Positions 1 to 11,412 of a stretch of DNA of 64,000 nt are shown here, in pieces. Location: IMG/VR virus record IMGVR_UViG_3300028559_000025, positions 12,728 through 76,727 of that record; one strand, 5' to 3'. The position numbers and the translations under genes were made by a program. The stretch comes from a virus. The first letter of the stretch is position 1; the number at the start of each line of letters is the position of its first letter. The notes beneath the pieces are model-generated. The model worked only from the letters and a program-made list of their open reading frames with translations. It was not told where the DNA came from and made no database searches.

Positions 1-1
1 T

Positions 2-1435
2 AGATCAACAAAGCACTTCACAATAGGAGATTCAGTTCAGCAAAGAACTGGACATACTAGTGGATCAGTATGGAGTCCAAATCAACCAAAAGTAGTTACC
101 ACATTAAGAAATTTAATTGACAACAATGGTAATCCAGAAAATTTACATGAAGTAGACAGTTGGTGGATACAGCAATTTGGCAAAGAGTTTAAAATAGGAA
201 GAAAAAACGCTAGCGTTATTCAACCCATTACTGGAAGAAAAGACTATATTGAAGAGCTAAAAAAGCTTGGGATATATAAAGAAGGAGAAGAATTTCCAAT
301 AATTGCAGAAAACGCTACAAATAAGTCTGTACACTATTTGCAAAAACCAAAATATTCTGAAAAAGAAATAGAGCAGATACTAAAAGAATTTAGTGATAAT
401 CGTTACGAGCTTCCATCAATATCAAGAATACCACAATCAAAAATGAACGGAAATCTAAAAAGAAAAGGCTTTCTATTTCAAGATTCACATGGAATAGCTT
501 ATACAGCCCATAGATTGTTAGAAATACTTGCCATACAACGTGCAAAAAAACAAATTGGTATAGATACACCATTTCAAAGACTTCAAGATCATAGCTCATC
601 AAGCATAACTTTAAGTGATGACATAGCAGCGATAGCTCGCACTATTGGAGCAAAACCTAGTTCACGCCACAGCGATTCTAGTTTAAGCGATTTAGAAAGC
701 GCTGGAACTAAAGGATTTTTTGATCAAGGCACTGAAGAAAATCCAGATTTTAGTAACCCATTTAAACTTCTACAACGGGGTGGAACTTCAAGCACAGAGA
801 ATGCACTATCAGCAATGCTAATGCATCAATTTTTTGGAAAATATAGTAGCGGAAAAGTTAGATCAAATTCTACTGACCCCGCGATAAGACTTTCTGAGGC
901 AACAGGGCTGTATGTTCGTCAATTGATGGAATATAGGTCAGGTGCAACAACAACTCCCCCAAGCTGGGAAGAGTATGTTGCGTTAACAAAAAAAATACAA
1001 AAAGACTTGGAAGATAGCAGACTAGCCCTTTCTGCTGGTGGATATATCAATAACAGAAAAGTTAAACTTCCTAAGTTTGCTAATGGAGGTTCTATTAAGG
1101 GCTATGCAATGGGCGGACTTATAAAGGGACCAGGTACAGGAATATCAGATTCAATTCAAGCAGGCTTTGGATATGCTGGTGGAGGATCAATTAGAGTTTC
1201 AAATGGAGAATATATTGTAAAGGCATCATCTGTTAGAGATTATGGCGTTAAGACAATGGATGCAATTAATAACGGTACCGCAAGAGTTGGCACAGAATCT
1301 GGCGGTACAGTGTATAATATAAATATGCCTGTTACAAGTAATAATGCAAATCCAGAAATTGTTGCAAATGAAGTTATGAGAAAGCTAAAACTTGAAATAA
1401 GCAAGAATAATAAAACAAATAGAGTTGGTGGATAA
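2..1435 (+). CDS. Tape measure protein, C-terminal part (5' truncated by the window edge)
   Basis: The frame is open from position 2. It ends in the typical TMP C-terminal motif (FANGG...GPGTGISDSI...VSNGEYIVKASSV) and precedes tail genes. Confidence 0.8.
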   Translation, partial: RSTKHFTIGDSVQQRTGHTSGSVWSPNQPKVVTTLRNLIDNNGNPENLHEVDSWWIQQFGKEFKIGRKNASVIQPITGRKDYIEELKKLGIYKEGEEFPIIAENATNKSVHYLQKPKYSEKEIEQILKEFSDNRYELPSISRIPQSKMNGNLKRKGFLFQDSHGIAYTAHRLLEILAIQRAKKQIGIDTPFQRLQDHSSSSITLSDDIAAIARTIGAKPSSRHSDSSLSDLESAGTKGFFDQGTEENPDFSNPFKLLQRGGTSSTENALSAMLMHQFFGKYSSGKVRSNSTDPAIRLSEATGLYVRQLMEYRSGATTTPPSWEEYVALTKKIQKDLEDSRLALSAGGYINNRKVKLPKFANGGSIKGYAMGGLIKGPGTGISDSIQAGFGYAGGGSIRVSNGEYIVKASSVRDYGVKTMDAINNGTARVGTESGGTVYNINMPVTSNNANPEIVANEVMRKLKLEISKNNKTNRVGG

Positions 1436-1884
1436 TGGCTTATTCAATTCAATCAGGTATACAGGTATCCCTAGATAATGTTAATTGGCAAAAAATTACA
1501 GATCATAATAGAGAGCCAATTTCAGTGTCTACAGAGCTTATTGAAACCCAGGCTAGAATGGCTAACGGTAGAATGAAGAAGTATGTAGTTTCTCAGAAAA
1601 ATACAATATCAGCATCATGGACATATGTCCCATCAAAAACATCTGAAACAGCAGACCTCAACCATGGTGCTGCTTGGCTTGAATCATTTTATAGATCTAA
1701 TGTAGGGTCTCCAATTTATGTTAAGATAGTAGAGTCTGGACTAAATGGGTCTGAAGATTTTGTTACTGCACAACATACCTCTAAGGTATATACTGTATTT
1801 ATGACTAACTTTTCTAAAACCATTATTAACAGAACAAAGGTTTCAGATTACGTTAGTATGAGCATTGACTTTACGGAGATCTAA
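1435..1884 (+). CDS. Minor tail / distal tail-like protein
   Basis: 149 aa, directly after the TMP, with an RMANG-type motif of distal tail proteins. Confidence 0.55.
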   Translation: MAYSIQSGIQVSLDNVNWQKITDHNREPISVSTELIETQARMANGRMKKYVVSQKNTISASWTYVPSKTSETADLNHGAAWLESFYRSNVGSPIYVKIVESGLNGSEDFVTAQHTSKVYTVFMTNFSKTIINRTKVSDYVSMSIDFTEI

Positions 1885-4800
1885 TGCTAGGTAATGTCAG
1901 CTCTTCAGTCTTCACAGGCTCAGACTCAATCACTTTGACACCAGTAGTTTCTGCAGAGTGGAATCATAATTTATTTAATGCTCCATATATAACTACCGCT
2001 GGAATCGGAGAAGAGTTAACGGCAACTGCAATATCACCTTTGCCAACAGATGTAACACCTACGCTTAAGCCTAACTTTGTAACTAAAAGCTTTGCTATGT
2101 TGCGACCAGTTAACGTTCAACCAATTACTACATCAACACCAAGCGCAAGTGACTTTGCTATAACAAATTCAGTTGTATCTTCATCTAGTATTAATGTTTC
2201 TTGGTCTAATCCACCAACTGGAACTGTATTTTATAGAGTTCAAACAACTGGTCAGTCAGACACAATTTCATCAGGAACAAGCTATACATTTTCTGGACTA
2301 TCATCAGGCCAATCATATACTATAAGCATTGAGGCATGTAATTCTTCGTTTGGTGTTCTTGGTAGTATTAGTCAAATTTTTACAACTCAGTTATCTCCAC
2401 AAGATATGGTTAGTCAAGGAAAAGTATCATATACTATATCTGGAGGATCTAGTTCTGCATATAAAGTAGTCACATATGTAAAGACTAGTAGTCCTATTCC
2501 AGTAATGATAAATGCATCAGGAAGAGGAACAGGCGTTCAGTACGGCTCTGAGTACGTTGAGGCAGACTCTTTAGGATGGACTAAGGTTGTTACCTACGTA
2601 GCCTCCCAAAGCTCTGATAACACCTTTGCAGGCTTTGTATACACTATCGCAGCCAACTCCATAAGTGGTGAAACAAATAATCCAATAGTATATTTTACAG
2701 AACCTAAAGTATACGCTACCACTTATTTTGATTATCAAAACCACTCACTATTTCCAACAGAAATGCCATTTACATATTTTAGGCCAGGGGAGTCATATGT
2801 AGGATCAGGTAATACAAAGTCAAACTTCCCATCTGCATTTAGAAAGATTACCTCTCCAGTGCTTACTGGATATACTACTCCTACATATTTTCCAGTAACT
2901 CCAATTTTACAAAATCCAAAGTTTTGTCTTGCCTCTAAGCCTGTACCAATATTAAAAAATGCTTTACCAACAGATACATCTGCATATAGATATTTTGTTT
3001 CAGATGAATCATCAAGAAGCATTACATCTATTTATGAAAAGCCAATTACAACAAACAAGTTAGTTATTAAATTTAATACATTAATGACTGTGCCAGTTGT
3101 TAACATAGCTATTGATGGAACTAACATTACAGTTGACGATAGTCAAAATATATCACCTTCAGCTAACTCAGAAGGTGGAAGAAGTACTGGAGTCCTAATT
3201 CTATACTGGAATGGTTCTGCTTGGACTAAAACAAAGTGGTCATCAATGCCACAATTCAGCTCTACTGGATCATTATATTTGTCTACATCATTTAGCAAGA
3301 TAACTATAACTCAGATAGATCAAAGAACTAATCCAGAATTTTTATCTTTGACAGGAGAAACACCACCACCTTCAGCAGGACCAACAATTACCTCATTTTC
3401 TGCTCAGTGTGCTAACCCTGATAATGGAAGATGTTTATCTTCATCAGTTGGTCAAACCCAATCTATTTGGGCACTGTTTAGTTACGCTAACGCATCATCT
3501 TATAAAATAACAATGTCTCCCTCAACAACTGCTGGAAGCACAAAAACAAGCAATGCAAACTCAGACACAGATGCTTATCTTGGACTAGGATCTTGTGGAA
3601 CAACTTATGCACTAACTTTAACGGTATACGCAGCAGACAACCAGCAAGGAGCTTCTTCATCTCAGACAATAAACTATACAGTAAACTGCACTTCAACACC
3701 AACAGAAATTCCTTCAGCTTCATTAAATGTAGTATCTGATTTAAAAAGAATGCACGTAGTAGAAATTTCTCCAAGACTTGAGATTGATTTGACAGATTTT
3801 GTTCAGTCTGTATCTATTGATAAATCTTTAGATGCAAGCAATAGCCTACTTCCCATTTCTTCTCTAAATTCCAACGATGCCCGAATTACTTTATCTGGAA
3901 TACCAGCTATGATTGGATCAACAATAGTTCCAATTTTTTCTAGTCAAAGTGATCAGTCATCTACAATATTGGCAAACATGCTAAGAAAAAATATTAAGTT
4001 TTATATAAACTTTCATCTTAAAGAATACGCATCACCTAACTCAAAAATATCGTCAGACACCTATATTCCTGGCGGAGTTTTTTATTCAGACTCTTGGGCT
4101 GAAAATGATATTAAGGATATTACAGTTCAATGTTTTGACATTTCTAGGTACTTACAATCAATAGCAGTAGCAGACTATGTTGTGAATTTAAAGAGGCCAT
4201 TTGAAATTATAACAAATATTTTAGATTTATCTGGATTTACAGACTATGACTATGACTCTCTTTATAGAATATTTGACTCATCAGAAGCTCCAGTAAATCT
4301 TTATTATTATTATTGTAATTCTAAAGATTCAACCATTATGGAATGCTTAAATGAATTGTTTATAGCTTATCAAATTGGCGCATATATTGATGAGTATGGA
4401 GTTATGAAGTTTTTAAGTTTACACAACATATTATCATCTTCAGGATCTAACCTTGCTTTGACAGATGGCAACATTATGAAAGATGGATTTAATATATCAA
4501 ATAATGCTAAACCAGGAAAAATTTCTTTAAAATATCAAACACCAAAAATTAAACAATCACCAACTGTTCAGAATGTAAACAATGTTGATATAAAAAATTC
4601 CCCATCTTATATATACACAACTTCAAATGATGTTGTTTGGAGCCAGCAAACCGTTGACTCTGTTGGATTTAATTATCTTAAATCAGATATGCTAGAAAAT
4701 TCCAATATATTTGAGATTAACACTAGTGATTTACTAGATATTTTTTATACATTTGATATGAGTAATGATGGCTTTGCATTTATTGAAAATGAAATTGTTT

Positions 4801-6875
4801 CTTTTGCATATAAAGAATACAAGCTGTCAACTCTTAGTGGCAGCAAAGAAAAATTTATATCTATTAAAAATAATCTTGATCTTACTTCATATATAGATAC
4901 ATTTATTAAAGAACAAGGTATTGGGCTTAGACTATCTAGTGCTAAAATTACCTCTGTCTCTGGTAATGGAACTGAGATTACTTATACATCAGCGAATACC
5001 TTTAAAGTTGGTGACAGAGTAATGATTGCTGGAGTTGTTCCATTTCTTTATAATATTCAAGGTATTATTAGTGAAAGAACAGCAACATCATTTAAGATAT
5101 TAGGAAAACAAACAGGAACATATGTATCAGGTGGGGAAGCCTATATATCTGCAGACTATGACGTCCTCGTAGAACTAACAGGAAAAATTACAAATGTAGA
5201 ACGTGGTCTATTTGGAACCGTTCCTATGGAACATAAAAAAATAGAAGATTTAGCAAGCAAGGGTTTGTCAAAAATAGCTATAACTCCAGGCTTTGAAATA
5301 TCTAATACAGCACCTACAACATCAATTGTTAACAGTAAGGCAGAGTACCCTAAACTGCCAGAGGTAAAAAGCATTTCTTTAAGTACAGCAGATTCTGATT
5401 CAACACTTATATTTCCAACATCTCAAGTAGACATTGGCTATAAAACATACTCTGTTAAATTTAAATTAGATGAAGAAGGTGGAGCAGCAGCAGGTTTATT
5501 TTTTAATATGACAAGTGCAACTGATCCTACAGGCACATACTTTGTAGAACTTGCAAGATATAATAAGATTAATCCAAAAACACAGGAACTCTATGATGCA
5601 CCAACATATAATTACACCCTAAGCATTTATGATCATACAGGAGCAACCCAGTCATGGGCAGATGTTACTGCTGAGTGTGTTAATATAATTGATAATTTTT
5701 CTAAAGTATTAAAGAAAGAAGGTACAGAAGATGCACCTATATATTCTTATGAAAGAGATCAGTGTTTCAATTTAAAGGTGGTTCATTATTTAACAGATGG
5801 TAAAGATGGAGAAGATGCAACAGTTGAAGATCCAAAAAACTGTTTGTTAGTGTTTATAAATAATGTTGAGATAACTGGCTGGCAAATTCCAGGAACAGAG
5901 TATAATGGAACTACTGCTCCGTCAGCAACTGGATGGCAAGCATCAAAAGTTAATCAGCTTACGGGCCTGGGGCAAAAGCCAACGATACCAGATGACATTA
6001 AAATTGGTACAAAATTTGGGTTTTTTGCTTGTAGTATCCCACAGAGCATAACTAATCTTTTTCCACCACGTATAAATTATCTTCCAGTCTCTAATATACC
6101 AGCGACACTGAGAGAAATACATTCTACTGTAAAACCATTAAAAGAAAGAAGTGTAAATTACTTCTATCAAGATAGAGAATTTTTAAATGGACTAGTTCAA
6201 AAACAACCACTGTATACAAAGTCTCCCACATACCTTATGCAAACAACTCCAGAAGTATCTGGAATTAATTATTATGATGTTGAGTATCAAACCCCAGCTG
6301 CTGTTTCTGTAGACGTTTTTCCAGTTAGCTATATGATGAAATATTTTCCAGGTAATAAGCCAATAGATAAACAACAAGCTCAGAAGAAAATAGTTGATGA
6401 ATATTCTCTAGCTTATTCAACACCAATAAATACTGGGTTCAGATTAAGAATGGCAATAGCCAATGGATCCCCACATATGGTGTACCTTAAAAAAGACTCT
6501 GATGATGTAAACAATGCTACTGTATTTCTAAATCTATTTACACAGGAAATAATTGCACCTTCAGATCCAGAAATTATTGAAAGCATTATAGATTATTCTA
6601 ACTTGTCAGAAACAGTTCAGGTAGACTCAGAGTGGATACAGTCTAAGCAAGCAGCCTATAAAACACTAAAGGTTGTTCAAAGAGGTATTGAGGGTTTTTC
6701 TAAAAATGTATCTTTAAGTATATTTGGCAACCCTTTAATTCAGGTGGGAGATATCGTAACCCTGTCTTACTCCTTAAATGGCATTGTTGGTCAAAGATAT
6801 CTAGTACACTCAGTATCTCACAGCTTTAGCCAAGGACTATCAACATCTCTAAATCTTAAAAGGATTCAAGAGTAG
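1884..6875 (+). CDS. Large tail tip/baseplate hub protein with fibronectin type III-like inserts
   Basis: 1663 aa. FN3-like segment (SINVSWS...YTFSGLSSGQSYTISIEA) and a C-terminal hub signature (GNPLIQVGDIVTL...YLVHSVSHS). Confidence 0.7.
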   Translation: MLGNVSSSVFTGSDSITLTPVVSAEWNHNLFNAPYITTAGIGEELTATAISPLPTDVTPTLKPNFVTKSFAMLRPVNVQPITTSTPSASDFAITNSVVSSSSINVSWSNPPTGTVFYRVQTTGQSDTISSGTSYTFSGLSSGQSYTISIEACNSSFGVLGSISQIFTTQLSPQDMVSQGKVSYTISGGSSSAYKVVTYVKTSSPIPVMINASGRGTGVQYGSEYVEADSLGWTKVVTYVASQSSDNTFAGFVYTIAANSISGETNNPIVYFTEPKVYATTYFDYQNHSLFPTEMPFTYFRPGESYVGSGNTKSNFPSAFRKITSPVLTGYTTPTYFPVTPILQNPKFCLASKPVPILKNALPTDTSAYRYFVSDESSRSITSIYEKPITTNKLVIKFNTLMTVPVVNIAIDGTNITVDDSQNISPSANSEGGRSTGVLILYWNGSAWTKTKWSSMPQFSSTGSLYLSTSFSKITITQIDQRTNPEFLSLTGETPPPSAGPTITSFSAQCANPDNGRCLSSSVGQTQSIWALFSYANASSYKITMSPSTTAGSTKTSNANSDTDAYLGLGSCGTTYALTLTVYAADNQQGASSSQTINYTVNCTSTPTEIPSASLNVVSDLKRMHVVEISPRLEIDLTDFVQSVSIDKSLDASNSLLPISSLNSNDARITLSGIPAMIGSTIVPIFSSQSDQSSTILANMLRKNIKFYINFHLKEYASPNSKISSDTYIPGGVFYSDSWAENDIKDITVQCFDISRYLQSIAVADYVVNLKRPFEIITNILDLSGFTDYDYDSLYRIFDSSEAPVNLYYYYCNSKDSTIMECLNELFIAYQIGAYIDEYGVMKFLSLHNILSSSGSNLALTDGNIMKDGFNISNNAKPGKISLKYQTPKIKQSPTVQNVNNVDIKNSPSYIYTTSNDVVWSQQTVDSVGFNYLKSDMLENSNIFEINTSDLLDIFYTFDMSNDGFAFIENEIVSFAYKEYKLSTLSGSKEKFISIKNNLDLTSYIDTFIKEQGIGLRLSSAKITSVSGNGTEITYTSANTFKVGDRVMIAGVVPFLYNIQGIISERTATSFKILGKQTGTYVSGGEAYISADYDVLVELTGKITNVERGLFGTVPMEHKKIEDLASKGLSKIAITPGFEISNTAPTTSIVNSKAEYPKLPEVKSISLSTADSDSTLIFPTSQVDIGYKTYSVKFKLDEEGGAAAGLFFNMTSATDPTGTYFVELARYNKINPKTQELYDAPTYNYTLSIYDHTGATQSWADVTAECVNIIDNFSKVLKKEGTEDAPIYSYERDQCFNLKVVHYLTDGKDGEDATVEDPKNCLLVFINNVEITGWQIPGTEYNGTTAPSATGWQASKVNQLTGLGQKPTIPDDIKIGTKFGFFACSIPQSITNLFPPRINYLPVSNIPATLREIHSTVKPLKERSVNYFYQDREFLNGLVQKQPLYTKSPTYLMQTTPEVSGINYYDVEYQTPAAVSVDVFPVSYMMKYFPGNKPIDKQQAQKKIVDEYSLAYSTPINTGFRLRMAIANGSPHMVYLKKDSDDVNNATVFLNLFTQEIIAPSDPEIIESIIDYSNLSETVQVDSEWIQSKQAAYKTLKVVQRGIEGFSKNVSLSIFGNPLIQVGDIVTLSYSLNGIVGQRYLVHSVSHSFSQGLSTSLNLKRIQE

Positions 6876-6910
6876 TCCTTTGTGGTATAATTAATTGACA
6901 GGAGACAAAA

Positions 6911-7453
6911 ATGCCATATGTTAAAATATCAGACCCTAATATTATAGATCTTGCTGCTTGGCACCAAGTTATTAATGTTATTAATCAACACAGCGATACT
7001 CTTTCTGCTATCACAAATAATTTTGGTATTAAAGGAACTGCTGTTACAGACTGGAATGGCGAAACAGAAATTTACGAAGAATTTAATTCTGGCTCACAAA
7101 AAATACTTTATGGAAAGATTGTGATTGATACTAGAGCAGGTTCTGCCCAAGATTTAAACGTAAATAATTATCGTATGTTTTATCAAACAATAGATTTTGA
7201 TAACGCTCCAAGTGGAACAGCTAGCTTTAAAGCAAAACCAGTTATAACAACTTCAATATCCCTTCCTGGCTCAACTGTTACATCAGATAGAAACGTTGGT
7301 CTTATCTGTACTGTAATTGCAGTAACTCAAACAAGTTTTACGGTTCGTGTTATTAAGGCAAGAGAATTAACTGCAGAGACAGGCACAACGATTGCTGATC
7401 CAAAGCCAATTCAAACTTTTCAAATAAACTGGATTGCTATAGGACCAAAGTAA
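6911..7453 (+). CDS. Minor tail protein (lectin/gp53-like beta domain)
   Basis: Ends in INWIAIG, typical of tail-fibre H-type-lectin-like domains. Upstream TGGTATAAT and GGAG RBS. Confidence 0.5.
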   Translation: MPYVKISDPNIIDLAAWHQVINVINQHSDTLSAITNNFGIKGTAVTDWNGETEIYEEFNSGSQKILYGKIVIDTRAGSAQDLNVNNYRMFYQTIDFDNAPSGTASFKAKPVITTSISLPGSTVTSDRNVGLICTVIAVTQTSFTVRVIKARELTAETGTTIADPKPIQTFQINWIAIGPK

Positions 7454-10400
7454 TGGCTAAGGTACCACCTAAGTCTGTTTATAAAAGCCCCAAGTCTGTT
7501 GCTAGAAATCAACCCGTAACAATAAGTGTTGATGATCCAAGAGCAGCTTGGGATAAGATTGGACAGACTAGAGCAAGGTTAGGCTCTGAACTTGAACTTG
7601 TTGGATTAGATGACATCCCTTTAATTAGTGGAGGAAAAAGTTTAACAGCATCGGTTGGTCCACCAACATTGGGTATACCAAAAGATCTAGAAAAATTTGT
7701 AAGTCCTCCAAGTAATGGCCAAGAAGCTAAAATTGTATATGGATTTGGTGCTATAGTACCAACAGATATTACTAATGTTTCAACAGCCTGGTCAGGATCA
7801 AGTCTTGTAGTTACATTTGATTGGGACTATGCAGATCCTGCTAATGCAACCGTTACAGAATTTATTTTAGAAATAACTTTATCTACAGGCACAGTTCGTC
7901 AAACTCCATACGGTTCTTTTCCAGTAAATAGAACACAAACAGGACAAACAACAACACTTACAAAATCTTTAAATAGATCTACCCTTGGCGTATTTGGAAC
8001 AAACATTACAAGTATTTGTGTTTATGCTATTGATGCATTTTATAATACAAGTGGTAAGGTTTGTGATGCAACAGTTCCTGCATACGTGGTTAACCTACCA
8101 GTACCAGTTATTACAGTTACTTCAGCAATGAGTGGATATAGCGTAGCTTGGACAATTCCAACATCTGTTCAAGATCCAGATGAGGTGTTTGACGCTATTG
8201 ATATTTATGAATATGAGTCTAGTGCTTCTACAGAACCAACAGATGTCACTTATTCAAGGGTATACTTTGATCAAGTTTCACCAGCAAATATTATTACAGT
8301 TAATAGTAATGATAGATGGGTAAAGGCAAGATTTTCTTCAGATGGAGGAACATACACAGCATTTTCTGCTGCACAAAAAGTAACACCAACATCTCCAGTT
8401 ACAGTAGACACCACTGGACCAGCCGCTCCAACTGGATCAGTAACTGGTGGATTAGAAACTTCTGGAACGATAGGCTTTAATGCTTTCTTAAATATATCTT
8501 GGACTGCAGTATCAGATACTACTTTACGAGGGTATAGAATTAGGTTTAGACCAGTAACTACTCCAGCATCTGCTTACTCTTATGTAGACTCCCCAGGAAA
8601 TGGAACAACTTTTAGAATTACAGGTCTTGCTTCAGGCACAAGCTATGAAGTTCAAATTGCATCATATGATGAGTTTAATAACACTTCTTCATCATATCAA
8701 ACATTAACTAATAGCCCAGTGTCAACTGCTGGATCTCCCTTTATAGGAACAAATGTTTCTACAACTGGATACTTTGAAGCTGGAGTTTCTGGAACAGATA
8801 CAGGAGTTTTTAGATTTGGCTACGGGGTAGCTACTGGTAAAAGAGGCTTATCATTTAATACAAACAATTATTGGTATATAGATTCATCTCAGTCAGCGTC
8901 TTTAAAGGTTGGTGGAGCAGACAACTATGTTACTTGGGACGGCTCATCTCTTATAGTAGCTGGAGACCTACAGGCTAAAAAAGGATCGTTTAGCGGAAAC
9001 GTAAACATTGCAAGTGGTGCATCTCTATATAGTGGTACTTTAACTGGAAATACCGTTACTGCTTCTGCTAATACTGGTGGTTCATTGTCTAGTGCAGGAT
9101 ACATATTAAATGAAGATGGAATTACATTTTCTAATGGGCTATCAGGAAATGATTTAAGACAAACTACTATAGTTGGAGCAAGTGGATTACTCACAACAAA
9201 TTCAGCAAATATAGGTGGATGGATTATAACTCCAGGCTCAATAACAAAAACTGCAAGGGGAGAAGGAAAGATTTCTTTAGACTCAGCAAATGGATACATC
9301 TATGTAACTAGAGACGATGTAGAGACAATTACTGCTGGTATTAATAGTCCAAAAGATGATAACGATAATGTTTTTTGGTCTGGCGGAAGTAATCCAACAG
9401 ATGAAACAAGCCCATTTAGAGTTAGACTAAATGGAGATCTATTTGCAAGCAATGCAGAAATTAAAGGTGTTATAAGGGCTACTAGTGGTGGTTTTGGAAC
9501 ATTTGATCCATCTACTAACCTTATTACAAACGGTTGGACTATTAGTACCAATGGAATAATTGCAAAGGGTGAGGGTAGCATTAAAATTGGAAACTATTCA
9601 ATACAAACTCTTGAGCCAGACGGTTCTGATTTTTCAATAAAATATATTGCAGGTAATGAAAACCTAATAAGAACAGATTCTTTTGCTAGCAATGTTGATG
9701 ATCCAAAAAGAATATTTATAGGTGATAGTACAAGACAGGTTGAAGTTGCTAAATCAGCAAGCCTATCTGGAGCTGGTTCAATAGTAACTTTGCCAACAAG
9801 CAATGCTACAGCTCTAAGTGCTTATCGCTCAGGTGGTCTAAGAAATATATTTACTGTTTCAGAGTCCGCAAGAAGTGGTTCAACTGGAGACGGAGTAGAT
9901 TTTAGTGGAAATGTGCTAGATTATCCATCAGCAATTAAGGGTGACATGCTGATTGTTTATAAAACTACAGGAACCAATCCAGACCCTAAATGGAGAGAGG
10001 TAGTCGCAACATACGTAGCCATTACTGGTACAGCCCCTACTCCAACGCCAACACCTACTCCAACGCCAACGCCAACTCCAACGCCAACACCTACGCCAAC
10101 ACCTACACCAACTCCAACCCCTACTCCTACGCCAACACCTACGCCAACACCTACGCCAACACCTACTCCAGTACAAAGCACCTATTACTTTGTTTGTGAC
10201 GATACACAATGTGGTTCAGTACTTGCCTCATCCGCTCTTGAAGCAGTTGCACTTGGAAACGCATATTGTCAAGATAATGCAGATCCAGGACTTACAAATA
10301 ATGTAGCTGGAGGAGTATCACTAACACCAATTCCTGGTTGTGCTCCAACTCCAACACCTACTCCAACACCTACGCCAACACCTACACCAACACCTACACC

Positions 10401-10719
10401 AACACCTACGCCAACTCCAACGCCAACACCTACGCCAACACCAGTAACAGAAACAAGTAGAACAGTTGGAACCTGTATATCATATGTTTATTGCCCAGAA
10501 GGTGGAGAGAGACTAGATACTGTTTATTATTCAAATGGAACTAGTAGTGAGCAATATGTTTGCTGTTCTTATACAGCAACAGCAACTCCAACGCCAACTC
10601 CTGAACCAACACCAACCCCAACCCCTACACCAACTGAATGCCAAACATGCGGCATCTGCTGCCTGTACGGACCATGTGAATATGGCTGTGGCCCATGCGA
10701 CTTTTGGTGTGATGACTAG
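7453..10719 (+). CDS. Tail fibre/host-attachment protein with FN3 domain, Pro-Thr repeats and Cys-rich C-terminus
   Basis: FN3 (LRGYRIRF...[16 protein letters not shown]), G-rich beta repeats and three PT tracts separated by Cys-rich modules. Confidence 0.7.
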   Translation: MAKVPPKSVYKSPKSVARNQPVTISVDDPRAAWDKIGQTRARLGSELELVGLDDIPLISGGKSLTASVGPPTLGIPKDLEKFVSPPSNGQEAKIVYGFGAIVPTDITNVSTAWSGSSLVVTFDWDYADPANATVTEFILEITLSTGTVRQTPYGSFPVNRTQTGQTTTLTKSLNRSTLGVFGTNITSICVYAIDAFYNTSGKVCDATVPAYVVNLPVPVITVTSAMSGYSVAWTIPTSVQDPDEVFDAIDIYEYESSASTEPTDVTYSRVYFDQVSPANIITVNSNDRWVKARFSSDGGTYTAFSAAQKVTPTSPVTVDTTGPAAPTGSVTGGLETSGTIGFNAFLNISWTAVSDTTLRGYRIRFRPVTTPASAYSYVDSPGNGTTFRITGLASGTSYEVQIASYDEFNNTSSSYQTLTNSPVSTAGSPFIGTNVSTTGYFEAGVSGTDTGVFRFGYGVATGKRGLSFNTNNYWYIDSSQSASLKVGGADNYVTWDGSSLIVAGDLQAKKGSFSGNVNIASGASLYSGTLTGNTVTASANTGGSLSSAGYILNEDGITFSNGLSGNDLRQTTIVGASGLLTTNSANIGGWIITPGSITKTARGEGKISLDSANGYIYVTRDDVETITAGINSPKDDNDNVFWSGGSNPTDETSPFRVRLNGDLFASNAEIKGVIRATSGGFGTFDPSTNLITNGWTISTNGIIAKGEGSIKIGNYSIQTLEPDGSDFSIKYIAGNENLIRTDSFASNVDDPKRIFIGDSTRQVEVAKSASLSGAGSIVTLPTSNATALSAYRSGGLRNIFTVSESARSGSTGDGVDFSGNVLDYPSAIKGDMLIVYKTTGTNPDPKWREVVATYVAITGTAPTPTPTPTPTPTPTPTPTPTPTPTPTPTPTPTPTPTPTPTPTPTPVQSTYYFVCDDTQCGSVLASSALEAVALGNAYCQDNADPGLTNNVAGGVSLTPIPGCAPTPTPTPTPTPTPTPTPTPTPTPTPTPTPTPTPVTETSRTVGTCISYVYCPEGGERLDTVYYSNGTSSEQYVCCSYTATATPTPTPEPTPTPTPTPTECQTCGICCLYGPCEYGCGPCDFWCDD
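10036..10170 (+). repeat. Coding (Pro-Thr)22 repeat
   Basis: CCN-ACN hexamers with variable third positions. Confidence 0.95.
10345..10443 (+). repeat. Coding (Pro-Thr)16 repeat
   Basis: Second CCN-ACN tract in the same ORF. Confidence 0.95.
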
Positions 10720-10752
10720 TATGGTAGAATTTTATAATAAAAAGGAGAAAAA

Positions 10753-11148
10753 ATGAAAAGAAAAAATTTCTATTTAAATGTAGAGGATGATAAAATCATC
10801 TTTTATTCAATAGAACTTAAAGATGATGGCTCTGTTTTAGATGATAATAAGCACAATAAAGATTATGCTTTATCTAATAGTCCAGAAATATTAAATATTA
10901 CACATTTGAATTATGTTCCAGCCAAACTTAGTGTTTGGGATGGATCAGAGTTTATTGCTCCAGAAGGGCTAGAGCACAGGCTGCCTTGTATAAGAGATTG
11001 CATAGATGGATGTATATCTTTTGCGTTTTTAAAAAATAATACGTATTATGGAATGAACGGATATTGTATTGGAGTGGCACATAATGATATGCTTATTGCT
11101 GCATTATCAAGCAATCCAACAATAACATTTGAGATTGTAGAATCTTAA
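10753..11148 (+). CDS. Hypothetical protein (possible tail fibre-associated)
   Basis: ORF with AAGGAG RBS, directly after the fibre gene. Confidence 0.5.
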   Translation: MKRKNFYLNVEDDKIIFYSIELKDDGSVLDDNKHNKDYALSNSPEILNITHLNYVPAKLSVWDGSEFIAPEGLEHRLPCIRDCIDGCISFAFLKNNTYYGMNGYCIGVAHNDMLIAALSSNPTITFEIVES

Positions 11149-11169
11149 TAATAGAATGGGTGGAATTTT

Positions 11170-11409
11170 ATGAAAGACGAATTAACTCCTTGGCAAAAGT
11201 ATAAACAAAATCTTGGAGATACAAGACCTTGGGATTTATTAAATCCGAACACAGAATATGTTAGTGATGACTTACATTCTGATAGACTTAATATATGCAA
11301 GGCTTGTCCAGAGTTTATATCTCTAACAACTCAATGTAAAAAATGTGGTTGTGTAATGAAATTTAAAACAAAGTTAGAAAAAGCAACTTGTCCAATAGGA
11401 AAATGGTAA
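11170..11409 (+). CDS. Small Cys-rich protein (DUF6171-like)
   Basis: RLNICKACP...QCKKCGC...TCPIGKW pattern. Confidence 0.6.
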   Translation: MKDELTPWQKYKQNLGDTRPWDLLNPNTEYVSDDLHSDRLNICKACPEFISLTTQCKKCGCVMKFKTKLEKATCPIGKW

Positions 11410-11412
11410 AAA

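Noticed and set aside
9928-10209. Antisense ORFs (GV repeats, RCW repeats) over the PT tract
   Set aside because: Shadow frames produced by the CCN-ACN repeat; no RBS or promoter.
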